Assembly: GCF_009914755.1 (NCBI RefSeq)
Contig: NC_060942.1
Reading direction: 5' to 3' (one strand)
Length of the DNA stretch: 64,000 bases
DNA from: the human T2T-CHM13v2.0 reference genome, Homo sapiens
Part shown: piece by piece, positions 42,602-57,375 of the stretch
How positions within the stretch are numbered: position 1 is the first letter of the stretch
Layout of the letters: the number at the start of each line of letters is the position of its first letter
Notes under the pieces: generated by a model
What the model was told of the DNA's origin: nothing
Database searches by the model: none
What the model saw: the letters and a program-made list of their open reading frames with translations, nothing else
Made by a program: the position numbers and the translations under genes

Positions 42602-43189
42602 CTTGGAAAGAGAGAAAAGAGTTACAAAAAAAAAAAAAAGGCCTTTTGCTTTCTCCCTGGAATGAAATACGTCACTATCACTGGGAGAAAACTACAATAT
42701 ACAATCTACAGAAGTACTTAAAATCAATTATCTTTAAGGAACTAGAGAACAGCAAACTGCTGCGGGGAACAGACCTCTCAGCATGATTTCCCAAGAGACA
42801 TCTAGAGAGCAGCACACCCTTATCCTTGCACACAGACATGGCAGTCCCACTTGCAACCATGTGAGAACACCTGCTCCCGTCCCTCCCCTGGCTGAGCCCG
42901 ATCTAAAGGGAGTGTGAAAGTACACCAGGGAATCCCCTCCACTATGGCACAGCCAGGGGTGTTCCAAACCGCTGCGTGCTGCTACTAGCATCCACAGAGC
43001 AGAGGGGTGGGAGTAATGTTTTCTTACCACCTCACACTGTAGAAACTGAGATTTACCCACTCAACTTACTTTTGTAATACAGCTCATTCTAAACCTTTAA
43101 GTTAGTCATTCCCAGCCTGTGGGCTGCAGCCCCGGGGGAGCCCTGGAGCTATTATTACATTAGGTCCATTATCTTTAGAGTCAGCAAAT

Positions 43190-43400
43190 TAAACTGCATA
43201 CAGGGCACCAAAGTCAAATGCCTGAGTTCAAATCCTTGCTCCAACACACTGTAGCTGTGTGATACAGGGCAGGACACGATGTAGCTTGCCATCTATGCCT
43301 ACTTCATACTGTCATTTTTAAACTTCAATAAGACAAAATGTGTAAGGTGCTGAGAACAATCCCTGGCCCATAGAAATAGCTAATAACTGTAGCTATGAGC
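43190..43400 (+). mobile_element. MIR
   Basis: gcctgagttcaaatccttgctcc...tagctgtgtga. Confidence 0.65.
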
Positions 43401-44444
43401 GATTAGAGATGAGCACCTGACCCACGAGACAGTCACAGGCTCAGGATTTTTGAATGTGGAACCAGAGAGATCACATTTCAGTCCCTTTCTGGAGCAAAGT
43501 TCTGAGACGCAAATCTAGAAACCATGACACACAGGTTTCCTGCTATGTAGGGAAGCTGGCCTAAGAGAATGACATCAACATGCAATGAGTGAAATGAGAG
43601 ACGGAAACAGCTCATTAAACTACCGTCTGTCTCCTGGATCACAAACAATGTACTACAGAAAGTGAAACTCTAGCAGACACTTTAGGAAAATGTGAAGATA
43701 TTCTTTGAATGTTGAGTAATCTGCTCCAATGAGAGACAATGTAGAAGCTAAACCCTCTGACCATAGGGAAATGAGAGAATCCTGCGAATTAGATAGGAAG
43801 TATGTGAGAGGAGCCAAAGAAAACTAAGCACCTCCATTGCACACCTTTACCTAACATCAATATTCAGTCATTGTCACAATGGAGTTGGTGGGGATGCTGC
43901 CTAGGAGTCAGGACAGTACTTCAGGGCAGAGACTCACGCCACCTGCAAGACTGCTGAATGAAAGAGGCCCTGCCACGGCTGCTAAGCAGAGGGTGTTGGG
44001 ACGGGCAAAGGTTCCAGGCTGGGTATCAAGGAGGAAACAGAAGCCACAAGAGAAGGTCCAATTCCAAAGAAGTGCTTGGAAACCCCAGTTACAAATTTCA
44101 CAGGGCATCAGTAAGGTGTTAAGGTAAATGCATTCCCAGAAAACCCCAACATAGTAGAGATCAATGATGGTACAACTGCTAAGGCCTATCCTACCAGGAA
44201 GTGGGAAAGCCCCAATGAGACAATCCTCCCCACTCTCCCTGGGCGAGTGCTGGAAAGTGTCTGACAAGGAAAATCTTCCAAATAACAAGGGGAGGAGAAA
44301 TTCAGTGAACATTAATTGTTTTGTATGCCCAGTGACACCCCAAGACCACAGACACTACACTGGTAGCCCATGCTCAGTGTATTCCCCATATGTCTAAAAG
44401 ATTTAAAGATACCAAGCAAAAGCAAGTGTAAGGAAGTCCAATAA

Positions 44445-44760
<316 letters not shown>

Positions 44761-45059
44761 TGATTCTTTAAATATATATATCTACATATATACCAAAATT
44801 CTTGTTTTTTTCTTTTTGTTTTTGTTTTTAAAAAAAGGGCTTCTCTCTCTATGGGGACTCCTACCTTGCTAGTGGTAGCAGCAAGTGCAATAAGCATGAA
44901 TTGGGTTTCTGTCACTCCCACCAAAACTGCTTAAGATTACTATTGTTATGAGTTTTGTGACAGTGTCTAGTCAAGTTCATTGATTTACACCTTAGAGTTA
45001 CTTATTTATCTTCAATATTCCTGGAAAGGAAGATAAGGCATTCTTATTTGAGGGAGACA

Positions 45060-45950
45060 GTAACAGTAAGAAAAGAAAAAAAAAAGAATTCTTAAAAATA
45101 AGTTTGCCAAAATTTAAAAAATCAAATCAAAGCATTGTAGTAAAGTCAGAGCAATCTCCCAGAAAGATAGAAAGGAAAGAAAAAGAATTGAAAAACGAGA
45201 GAGAAATAATACATAATAGGAGTTCCAAAAAGAAAGGAAAATAATAGGAAGACAAATTATCAAAGAAATAATATAAAAATATTTTGGAGAAATGAAGGGT
45301 AAGATATTCCATACTGATAGGACTGCTCCCAGCAAGAGAAGAAAAACAAAGCTCCAAGATGCTCTTTGTAAAATTTAAAAATACAAAAAGATCCCAAAAG
45401 TCTCCAGAAAAAACTGGTCCATGAACAGTAACTGCCATCAGGATGGTCAACAGACTTCTCAAAAGCAGCACTGGAAGAGAGAAGACAATGGCATGGGAAT
45501 TTTGGAAACCCCCCCTTAGCGTGGTCAACTCATGTGCCTAAGGGAAAATCAGCGATAGATTAAGACGGCTCTGCAAATTGGGGGGAAAAAGAGTTAACAA
45601 GTAACATCAACAAAAATAAACAGATCTACAAAACGAACAATCACAACTAGACTCAGGAAAACAAACCATTATCTACATTCTCTTAACAACATCAACAATA
45701 CCGATTTGAATTTAAATTGTGACATAATTATATTGGGGATAAGGATAGGAAAAATTGGGGTGAGACTATAATACTAAATGTCTTTCTTCCATAACAAGAG
45801 TAGTTTAAATTGATAAATCAAGAGACAGCAGGATAGAAACATAAAGATAAATACAGAATAAATTGTTAGTTCTCTGAGGATTGGGACTCAGGGAGGAGTG
45901 AGCTAGGAGACTGTTATTACATTATACCCTTTTCTACTATTAAAATATAA
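45060..45950 (+). mobile_element. Old L1M fragments (ORF1-like region and 3' end)
   Basis: ataggagttccaaaa, atcaggatggtcaacagacttctcaaaagcagcactggaag motifs. Confidence 0.6.
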
Positions 45951-46037
45951 AAAGTTCTACTTAAAAATGCAAGAATATGAATAAATGAGCAGTTAAAACA
46001 ATAAATATTGAATGGCAAGTTCTTCATTAATTAGCTA

Positions 46038-46074
46038 GTGTGCGCTCTCGCTCTCTCTCACACACACACACACA
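46038..46074. repeat. (CT)n(CA)n microsatellite
   Basis: Visible directly. Confidence 0.85.
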
Positions 46075-47072
46075 GAGTTCATATTATAGCTTTTGTTGCA
46101 CATACCACCAGAAAAAAAGATGGGCTAGCTATATAGAGATGATAATTTTTCTGAATCTCTTCAATTTTTACTAAGGACATACTATACACTACACATTCAC
46201 AGGAATGAGACAATAAATAAGGTTGTCCTTGGATGTACAACTATGATATAACAATATTTTAAAATACAAAAGAAAAAAAAGTAAGTTTGTCCCTGGGGGT
46301 CATCTGCCTTGAGACGTTACAAGGCTCATTTTCTTATAATCCTGAGGCAGAAAAATATCTACATTTTCATTCAATCCTTTTGTTAATGTCATGCATTAAC
46401 TTTAAATAAGAGTATTTCCTTACTCTGCATAATTTATTAATTTCATCATTAATGCTTGGGCTCCTTCTCTTAGCCACATGCTATGATTCTCTGAACCCAC
46501 ATCCAACTCACAGAAGTGCTCGGCTCTCTAGACATTTCTGCAAAACAAACTATTAACTCCTTCTGGGGAGTCAGATGGCAACAGGAGGGCCAGAGAGAAT
46601 TGTTCTACTTTTTATTTTAGTGCTAGAATGACTGAATCACAAGAGTAAACATTCCATCACTTTTATCAGTTTTTAAAGAACCACATTTAAGTGCCTTCAA
46701 GTTACGCAATATCATTATATTCACTTCATTGAATACAAAGTTTTAGAGCTAAACATCTGCTATTCTTGGCCACCTCCTAAGGAGCTCAACTCACTGCCAG
46801 ACTTAGAGAAACACCTCCACACTCCTTCAGTACTCTGTCCGGTGGTATTTGTGTCTTCCCAATGTATTATGTGTATATAGTCTATCCGCCACCCCGGCCA
46901 TTATTCTGAATATCTCTTTTAATTGAAATCAAATTATCTTTGATTTCTAGCACCTAATAATAGTACCTACAACATAGTAGGAACATACTATAAATAAACA
47001 CCTCACAAATGATAATACAGCCAATAATGATTTAAGCTTTTGGAGATTTTACTGTAATAAACCCACAAAATT

Positions 47073-47442
<370 letters not shown>

Positions 47443-48409
47443 TCAAAGTCAGGAAGCATTTTAAAAGGTTATGTATGACAGATGCATTTGGGAACCACCA
47501 CAACTGCTATAAAAGGTAGACATTATTTCATCTAATGAATGGATAAAAATAAAATGAGCTCTGGGCCCCCTGCTTTCTTCCTCCCTTCCAGAAACACAAC
47601 CAAAGAAAAGGCAAACAAAGAATGAAAACTGCCAGATGGATCCCCTACTAATTCTCACTGGACCTTATCACTTAAAGGAAAAGGAGGACAGCACCAAAGA
47701 ACACCTTTTAATGGCTTTATTTTGCTGCGAAACAGCAGCTTAAAACAGGTGTTAGAAACCGATGAGAGTCCTAGTCTGTTTCCCACTAACTTGTCTTGTC
47801 AGTCTGGCAGTGTCTGGGGGCCTCAATTCATGTACCCATCAAATGAGGAGGCATGCTGGGTTATTTCCAACAAACCTATCCACTCTAACATTGCATGGCC
47901 CTTATCTGCTTCAGTAATTAGATGAATTCACTGAATACGTCTTGTTTTCATAATTTGGCTCTGTGGGCTACATGGCACCATCTGATTATGAGAGTATATA
48001 ATTTATTTACAAAAATAGTATACATCTATTTATATTTGATGCCACAGAAAGTCAGGTATAGGATTAAAAACCCCTTTTGGAAATCAAATGTGCTTATAAC
48101 TATCACAATCTATTTATCATTTAGTGTTAAATTATAAATGAGCCACTGCATATTAATCAATTCCCCTCTAGAGCTCAGTTAGCTTTTTGTACACCTTATA
48201 GGCCATTATCTTCTTTTTTGGATATTGTATCTATAGAAGTCTATGTAGAAATAACCAGTTGCATTATAAATAACTATTCATGTTTCCATCTCTCCCAGAG
48301 GCCTAGAGATCCTCATATTAAAGGAGACTGTTTTTCTTAATATTGTGTCTCCAATATCTGGTTAAATATACTAACTATAATAATTATTCGTAAATGTTGG
48401 CTAAATGAA

Positions 48410-48885
48410 CATGGCGGAGCCTCATTGCTGACTCAAACTCCATTCTTCCCTTTCCCCGTAGGTAACAGAATGCCAGTTTCACTAGAGTTCCAGCATACTC
48501 TGGTCAAGACTATATTTCCCAGTGTTATCGCATGTGGCCATGCAATTAAGTTCTAGCCAATTAAATGTATGAAGAAATACTGTGTGGGACCTCTGGGAAG
48601 GCTCCAGAAAAGACGTACCTTATTTGTTCTTCTTTGTTCTCGCTTTCCTCCTTCCTACTGACCCAAGTTCAAACAGCAGCCATCTTAGACTATGAGTTAA
48701 CCATGGAGCCACATGACAGATGGCAGAAAATGAAAAGTGTGTGATGACTTACTTTAAGGAGCCTCCATAACAGCCACAGATATCCAACTTGCAGAGTTCT
48801 TTCACATGAGAACAGAAAGCCTCATGTGTTTAAACCACCACAGGCAGGTCTCTGTTACATCCAAACCTAATCCCTAATGTATACA
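48410..48885 (+). mobile_element. MLT1J-like ERVL-MaLR solo LTR
   Basis: ggccatgcaattaagttctagccaat, cagcagccatctt and terminal cctaatccctaatgtataca. Confidence 0.75.
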
Positions 48886-49969
48886 ATGACTGTTTCCTGA
48901 GAACAGTTTTACCATTAGTAAAGGAACCCTATGAAAAGTTTTCAAAGTTTCATAAAAGTAAGCAAACTTTAATCTAAGTATGCATTGGTTCTTTGGTCTT
49001 TATTGAAACTATGACTTGGTGAGAGGAGGAAAGGATTTTCCTTTTTTTTTTTTTTTGGTTGCAGGATACTATGGGGAAAGATTGTCTTGCCCATGTAATC
49101 ATTCCTCCTAATCAAGCTCAACATCCACACATATACCTTATTCATACCCCAGGGAAAACAAGCTGATATGCACAAATTTTTAGCACTCACACAAATACAC
49201 CAATTTAAAGATGTCTATTTCCTTTCAGTTGAACAAACTTTCAGTGAACATTTTTACAATCAACTTATTCAACCAGCACAAATCCTACAGAAGCTTTTAA
49301 AATGTTTAAACTTCTAAAATTGACCTACTATTCAGAAGACTCATTCATGCTAAAGAATAGTTAATGAGACTTTTACTGTAGAATTAAAACATCAACTATG
49401 CTGAGGCAGTTCTTCTAAAAAAATTCCTTCAAGGTTAAAAAATTAAAATAAAACAAGAGTGTTTTGATTTGTGGCATCATAAACATATTAGGCAAATGAC
49501 TAGAATGGATTTTATAGAAGCACATGTGATATTAAATTGAGATCAATATGTCACAGTCTTGAATTTTTAGAAGGGTCTAAAACTATCACCCACCTTGACA
49601 TACATTTAAGAAAGAACATCTACAGCTGAAAGACAGACTTTCTCTTAGTAGAATGTGTAGGTTTACAGTGACACAAGGAAGAATTACTAACACAAATTAA
49701 ATCTTTATTTTTAACTGTTCAAAATGAGACCATAAAGGGTACAACAACTGACAACCCCACTGAATCCTTTAAAGTAACACCTAATAATACCCTGGCAGAC
49801 ACTGTGGCAACCCTGCCATAAACGAGCATTCACATTCTTCCACAATAGTGAAATCTATTTACATCAATTCTACCATCATTAAATTATTGGTTCAGCCTAT
49901 TAGATTTTAACCTCCTGGAATTCTAATGGAGCTTCTACTTCCAGGTAACATTTTAAAAAGACAAGAGTA

Positions 49970-50285
<316 letters not shown>

Positions 50286-50767
50286 CTACCAATTTCCAAT
50301 TTTATAAAATTTCTCCTTTAGCTCCTTAAAAAGGCCATAACACTATTAACAATCTTCTATAATTAAAAACAACTATTTTCTAGACCTAGTTGGAAGAACA
50401 ACTTAGGAACTAGAATGAACATAAAGAGAGATGGTAGTATGGCTTACTAAGATGAATAAATTATTCTCTGGTTAATTTCTCTTAAATACAACATACGAAT
50501 TGAAAAAGTAGAAGCTGCTTTCTATATTTTGTTTACAAGAATTAACTTAAGTGTCTGTACAAAACCTCATCACTTTTGTGACCACACGTTCATACATCCT
50601 AAAATAGGTAACAGTCTTGATTTGCACAGTAAAATAATCTACCAGGACGCTTAGGGGAAGATACCTTCTTCATCTTTAACAGGAAGTTACCTGAAGGCAA
50701 AACAGACTGTAAAAGATTTGGTTTACTGCTTTGTAACTACAAGGGGTTAAGCAGGAAGTAGTCTTAC

Positions 50768-50884
50768 CTGTACCGTTGAGCGTACTGTTTTTATTTGTGT
50801 ACAGCCTGATCATATGACCTATTGTTTTCACATTTTCTCTCAACATTATACCTCGAGCTTGTACCATAAAGAGATATGTGTTGG
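50768..50884 (-). CDS. B4GALT6: B4GALT6 coding exon 2 (117 nt, phase 1/1; luminal stem)
   Basis: Translates (A)NTYLFMVQARGIMLRENVKTIGHMIRLYTNKNSTLNGT(D); acceptor CTTTTATAG|CC, donor CAG|GTAAGA; matches the recalled B4GALT6 protein. Confidence 0.97.
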
Positions 50885-52348
50885 CTATAAAAGAAAAATA
50901 GAGAAAGAATGTCATAACACAGTAAGCTTTTTTTTATTTAATAAAATAATATTCAGAATTGGGGAAGTGCCCAATAAACATAAACTGACTCAATCAGCAC
51001 GTCCAAACGCAAAACAGAAATATAAAATATTGCCTACTATAAAAACTGACAAAAACAAACTGATTTTTTAAGAATAAAAACAAAAAAAAAGTTGAAATAC
51101 CCACCTATCAAATAGAATGAAACTAACTGAACAAACTAAAATATTATAATGAACCCCCACATCTGTGATTTTCTACTATAAAATATACTTAGAAATTTCA
51201 AAAAGGCATTTTATTACAGATGCTCAATCCTACAGTTACAAAATTCAGTTTCTCTAATTATATATTAATTTCCTACCAAAAACTTCACAAAAGCTAGGAT
51301 TCCTTATAAATCCCATAATATCTAGTAGGAATAAAGATCTTGCAATGGTCCTGAAAATTCTTGATGTGTTTGCGGGGAGGGGTGATCTAGGATCAGTATC
51401 TGTTTGGGTCATTTCTAAGAGTTAATTAAACTTTTACACTCCCTTTCAATCACAAATCTTTCTACCAGGATGGTAAAAGCAAATAAAATCAAAATCAATG
51501 TGTATTTTTAAAGCAGCTCAATTTAATTATTCACAATAAGTGCTTCAAAAATAGGACCCAAATTTCTTCTGCTGGGAGAAACTGGTAAATTGACAAAGCT
51601 TTATCGCAAAAATCCCTAACTTTTGAGATGTCCAGACTCCCCAGAGGCACAGAACTAAGTCAGAAACTCCTTTCCTGGTCCCAATTCTGTTAGTGCTGTG
51701 CATAACTTTGTACAGCTCCTTGGATCTCAGTTTCCTCGTTTTCACAAGGCAGGTGTGCAAGTAGTGCATTCTTCTTTAAAGTCTCTAAACACAAAGCTAA
51801 AAAATCATAAACTCCATTCAGATGAGAGGCAGAGGCTCACTATCATGGCAAAAACCAAGAAACTGCAAGCCTCAGTGAATGACTCAATTTTAAGATAAGC
51901 TGTCTCTGAATACAGTAATGACACTCTCCAAAGATGAATGCTGAATGAAAAAAATTAGGAATGCTGACTAATTTTCTAAGTGCTGCTCCAGTTTCTCAAG
52001 ATGGAATAGAGGGATGAGAGAAATTTAATGTTTACTACCTTCTTTCCCACTTTTTATGTAAATGTGAACTTGCTCAAAGTACATATGAAGAGAGCATAAA
52101 TTAAACTACTAGAAAAGCAGAGTAAAATAAAACTTTTCTTTCACCTCCAGAAAAAAGAGACAAACAGAAATCCAGGTTTCACATAAGCTTTACAGATACC
52201 TTTTTTAAAAGCATGTCTACAGGCTTTCTAGAAAGTAGTCTTATAATTAGATTTAACTTGCCTACACCTGAATTTACTATACTAGTTTACAAATACAACA
52301 CATTTTGACTACATTTTTGTACTTAAGTGGACTTTAAAAGAATGAAGA

Positions 52349-52623
<275 letters not shown>

Positions 52624-52634
52624 GAATGAAGAAC

Positions 52635-53000
52635 ACAGTCATAAAAAAGAACAAAATCATATGCTTTGCAACAACATGGATGCAGCTGCAGGCCATTATC
52701 CTAGCGAATTAACACAGGCACAGAAAACCAAATACCGCATGTTCTCACTTGTAAGTGGGAGCTAGACACTGGGTACTCATGAACAAAAGATGGCCAGCAA
52801 CAGAAACTGGGGACTACTACAAGAGGGAGGGACAAAGCGGGGCAGAAGTTTAAAACTACCTATTGGGTACTATGCTCACTACCTAGGTGGCAGGATCAAT
52901 CATACTCCAAACCTCTGCATCATGCAATATACCCATGTAACAAAGTTGCACATGTATGCCCTGAATCTAAAATAAAAGTTGAAATTATTTAAAATAAATA
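52635..53000 (+). mobile_element. L1PA/L1PB 3' end
   Basis: gcaacaacatggatgcagctg...gaatctaaaataaaagttgaaatt. Confidence 0.9.
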
Positions 53001-53230
53001 GACCATATGGGGGAAAAACTTATTCACACAATTTAAATATATATTCATAAGTAAGGTTTGTGGGTTTTTTGCCATCTATGTTTTTGTTCTTAATGTTAGT
53101 TTCATAAAATAGACTGTACACATTGCTGTCATTTTCTTAACTCTGCAACAACTGATATAGTGTGGCAGATATTAAGCCCTTAAAAGTTTGAATTGACTTC
53201 TCATAAAAAGTCATCTAAAAGTTGTAATCT

Positions 53231-53545
53231 GGCCGGGCGTGGTGGCTCATGCCTGTAATCCCAGCATTTTGGAAGGCCAATACAGGCGATCTCTTGAGGT
53301 CAGGAGTTTGAGACCAGCCTGGCCAACATGGTGAAATGCCGTCTCTACTAAAAAAATACAAAAAAAAAAAAAACTAGCCAGGCGTGGTGGCGCACGCCTG
53401 TAACCCCAGCTACTCGGGAGGCTGAGGCAGGAGAATCACTTGAACCCAGGAGGCAGAGGTTACAGTGAGCCGAGCCAGGACTGCGCCACTGCACTCTAGC
53501 CTGGGTGACAGAGTGAGACCCTGTGTCAAAAAAAAAAAAAAAAAA
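53231..53545 (+). mobile_element. AluSx/Sz
   Basis: TSD aaaagttgtaatc. Confidence 0.94.
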
Positions 53546-53803
53546 GTTGTAATCAGACACCTGTTCCAATTCCTCTCTGTCCATGTATCAGTTTGTTGAT
53601 TTGTTGAATGCCTGCCCTCTGCCAGAAATTGTATTAGGTGTATTTCAGTTTCTATTTATTCTTGATACAATTTGGAGTATTTTGTCCCAGAGATTCAAAG
53701 TTTCATTGAGATATTCAAATTAGGTAAAGCTGTGCATAACTTACGTAATTTTCGAATCTCTTCTACTTTTGATTTTTAATTGTTTTCTCCCCTTTTGTAT
53801 TTA

Positions 53804-53894
53804 AATTTGAAAATAAACATGTCATCCTTGTGCAGGGGCCATGTTAATCTCTGTATTGTTCCCATTTTTGTATATTTGCTGCCAGAGCAAGCAC
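53804..53894 (-). pseudogene. 3'-truncated U6 snRNA retropseudogene
   Basis: Minus strand reads GTGCTTGCTCTGGCAGCAAATATACAAAAATGGGAACAATACAGAGATTAACATGGCCCCTGCACAAGGATGACATG, a diverged U6 nt 1-80; flanked by imperfect direct repeat ctcc(c)ctttt(gt)attt. Confidence 0.93.
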
Positions 53895-54569
53895 TCCCTT
53901 TTATTTTTATAAGACTTGTCATATTTGTGTATTCCATTGCTTATACTTAAATAATCTGTCTTGAATATCTCAATTCTTTTTTCCTCTATTTTTAAATGTA
54001 TTAGTTCCTGATCTTATTCTTGTATAGACTTTTTTCTAATTTCTTAATCCATATTAATTTTTTCATAATGAAAGTATCTACAGCAACAAATTCATCTTTG
54101 GTAACTACAAAAACATGGAAGAAAAGAGACGAAGAGAAAAAAGAAAACTAAAAGAACAGCCAACCAAAAATGCAGGAAAATGTTCAATAGAAGACAAGCT
54201 AACATTAACAACTCCGCCTAAGTGAAGACCCAAAGTTCAACTGAAATTATCTGGGTGGGGCAGCATCACATAGATTACTAATGACACCTGGTTTGCAGCA
54301 CCTTGGATTATTTAATCCTAAAGTTACATATGAAATTTGTTGTCAGTAATATAAACATCTTATATTTGTGCTACACCAAACTGTGAAAAGAAAACCTGCC
54401 ACAAAGTACTAGAACTCAGCCTAAGGCAAAAAACTTGTACTTCCAGGACTGACCCTGGCCTAAGAAATGAGATGCTAAGTAGAAGCATTATATGCATTAT
54501 TATGTTTCCTGGAAACAACTTTTTAAATTATACAACTTGTAGGTAACAAAACTGTTAAAAATGATGATC

Positions 54570-54866
54570 TTTTTTTTTTTTTTGAGACAGGGTCTCACTC
54601 TGTCATCCAGGTTGGAGTGCGGTAGCTCCACCTTGGCTCTCCGTAACCTCCACCTCCTGGGCTCAAGCGATCCTCCCACCTCAGTCTCACAAGTAGCTGG
54701 AACTGCAGGCACCTGCCACTATGCCCACCTAATTTTTTGTATTTTTTGTAGAGACAGGGTTTCTCCATGTTGCCCAGGCTGGTCTCGAACTCCTGAGCTC
54801 AGGCAATCCGCCCGCCTCAGCCTCTCAAAGTGGTGGGATCACAGGCGTGAGCCACCGCACCAGGCC
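54570..54866 (-). mobile_element. AluJb-like
   Basis: Full dimer; TSD taaaa(a)tgat. Confidence 0.92.
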
Positions 54867-55269
54867 TTTAAAATGATTTTTTATGGTACCTCTAACAAAG
54901 GTGAATTATTTACCAAAAGAGTGCATTTACTATTCATTAGATGAAGACCAAAATTAAGAAAAGCAACACACCAATTTCTCCAAATAGAAAATCTATTCCT
55001 TTATTCCAAATCATTTACAGCTAATTGAGTTACATTCCTCAGGTTAATGGTCCTCATGGGTTTAATCCCTAAAGACCAAAACCCATTAGGGAATGAAGCT
55101 GTGTTTAAACAGAAAGTGGCTGTTAACCGGAAGAAAGTGCTATGTCACAGGGTTGCAAGACACACTAAACCAGCATGAGAATGGTTCCAATTGTCTGCTT
55201 TCCAAACATAAAACTATGTTAACCCAAATCCAAAACTTGCTTATTAGTAGTAGTATAAAATGTAATGTC

Positions 55270-56177
55270 TTTTTTTTATTATTATACTTTAAGTTCTGGG
55301 GTACATGTGCAGAATGTGCAGGTTACATAGGTTTACACATGCCATGGTGGTTTGCTGCACCCATCAACCCGTCACCTACATTAGGTATTTCTCCTAATGT
55401 TATCCCTCCCCTAGTCCCCCAACCCCCGAGAGGCCCCAGTGTGTGATGTTCCCCACCCTGTGTCCATGTGTTCTCATTGTTCAACTCCCACTTATGAGAA
55501 CACGTAGTGTTTGGTTTTTCTGATCTTGTGATAGTTTGCTGAGAATGATCGTTTCCAGCTTCATCCATGTCCCTGCAAAGGACGTGAACTCATCCTTTTT
55601 TATGGCTGCATAATTCCATGGTGTGTATGTGCCACATTTTCTTAATCCAGTCTATCACTGATAGACATTTGGGTTGGTTCCAAGTCTTTGCTATTGTGAA
55701 CAGTGTCACAATAAACATACGTGTGCATGTGTCTTTATCATAGAATGATTTATAATCCTTTGGGTATATGCCCAGTAATGAGATTGCTGGGTCACACGGT
55801 ATTTCCAGTTCTAGATCCTTGAGGAATTGCCACACTGTCTTCCACAATGGTTGAACTAATTTACCCTCCCACCAACAGTGTAAAAGTGTTCCTATTTTTC
55901 CACAACAGCTCCAGCATCTGTTGTTTCCTGACTTTTTAATGATCACCACTGTAACTGGCATGAGATGGTATCTCACTGTGGTTTTGATTTGCATTTCTCT
56001 AATGACCAGTGATGATGAGCATTTTTTCATATGTCTGTTGGCTGCATAAATATCTTCTTTTGAGAAGTGTCTGTTCATATCCTTCGCCTATTTTTTGATG
56101 GGGTTTTTTTCTTGTAAATTCAAGTTCTTTGTAGATTCTGGATATTAGCCCTTTGTCCGATGGATAGATTGCAAAAA
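55270..56177 (-). mobile_element. 5'-truncated L1PA (about L1PA6-8), ORF2 C-terminus plus 3' UTR
   Basis: ORF 55590-56078 ([14 protein letters not shown]...[17 protein letters not shown]) is L1 ORF2p; TSD ataaaatgtaat(g/t)tctt. Confidence 0.95.
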
Positions 56178-57139
56178 ATAAAATGTAATTTCTTATTGGC
56201 AAGACTTTAGGTAGAGAAAATCCTTGTCTAAAATATCTATTCCAATTTATAAGAAACCCTCATTTCATAAAACTAATAGGGAAACCTACCACTGCTTAAT
56301 TAAAACCATGCTGTGTGTTCTCTAATTTCATTCATTTTCTATTTGACTCTGCATTGTGAGACATAAATCTAACTTCTTTACCAGTTCTGCTTCCCAGAGG
56401 GTAACAACATCAGAAAAAAATTTAAAAAATAGAAAGAATAAAACCTATCTTCAACAGTTTATGAAAGCTTTTGGGCCAGGCATTCTATCCTGAGTTTATG
56501 AGGCAAACTTGTCTAATTCTTCACTTAAGAAAATTAAGGGACACATCTGCTATAAAACTGTGCCTCCCAGCCCCTTTCCACATCCAGCTTTGCTCACTAA
56601 CAGTGCTGTAAGGATTCAAGATAAGAAGAACATGCCTGCCTGCAGGGATCTAGAACTGTTTCCTGGGCTTTGCAGGACACCAACGCAGCATCCCTGTGAT
56701 CCTGATATCTCTGTTCCTAGCTGCTATGACATGCTGCCACAGTTCCCAGGTCTCTTAACAAAAGTCTAGTGAATAAATGATTTTGAGAGGGAGATGATGA
56801 TCTTGGTCAGGCAATCTGGGATGCAGTTATAAATGTAGGACTGAAGCTACAAGAGGGCTAGAAATACCATTTGGGGAGACATTCAATAAATGTAAAACCT
56901 GGAACTATCGTGATAAATTCCCAGAGGAAAAATTATCCAAAAAGGAGATAAGAAGGTGAAGATCTGATGTATGAAGACAGACCACAAATAGGCAGCACAA
57001 AGATAAAAGATCCCAAAGTGAATTAATCTCAGCTTGAACACAGTGAAAATGCTAATGGACTAAAGAAGAGGGAGAGGTAAACCACGTGAAATGCTGCAGA
57101 TGCTAAGGAGAAGGACTTAAAAACAACAGCTTAAAAAAA

Positions 57140-57375
57140 TTCAGCATACTCTCTTTGTCAAGCATACTTTACATATACTAACCTATGTAATCCTCACAAG
57201 CAATTCTATAAGGCAGGTACTATTATTATCCCCATTTTTCAGATAAAGAAATTGAAGCATGGAGTTGCATAACTTGCCACAGGTCACAGAGTTGTTAGTA
57301 AGTGGTGGAGCCAGAATTCAAATCCCAGCAGTGTGGCCCCAGCAAGCTAGCCCTTGACCATCACACCATTTAGCC
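57140..57375 (-). mobile_element. MIR
   Basis: aatcctcacaa...ggtactattattatccccattttt cagataaagaaattgaagca. Confidence 0.85.

Noticed and set aside
43879-44397. Overlapping 77-134 aa ORFs
   Set aside because: No recognisable domain or splice structure; the region is probably a decayed L1 5' portion.
55590-56078. 162-aa ORF, the longest in the track
   Set aside because: It is the C-terminus of L1 ORF2p within a 5'-truncated L1PA; there is no promoter, endonuclease or reverse transcriptase domain, so it is not a gene.
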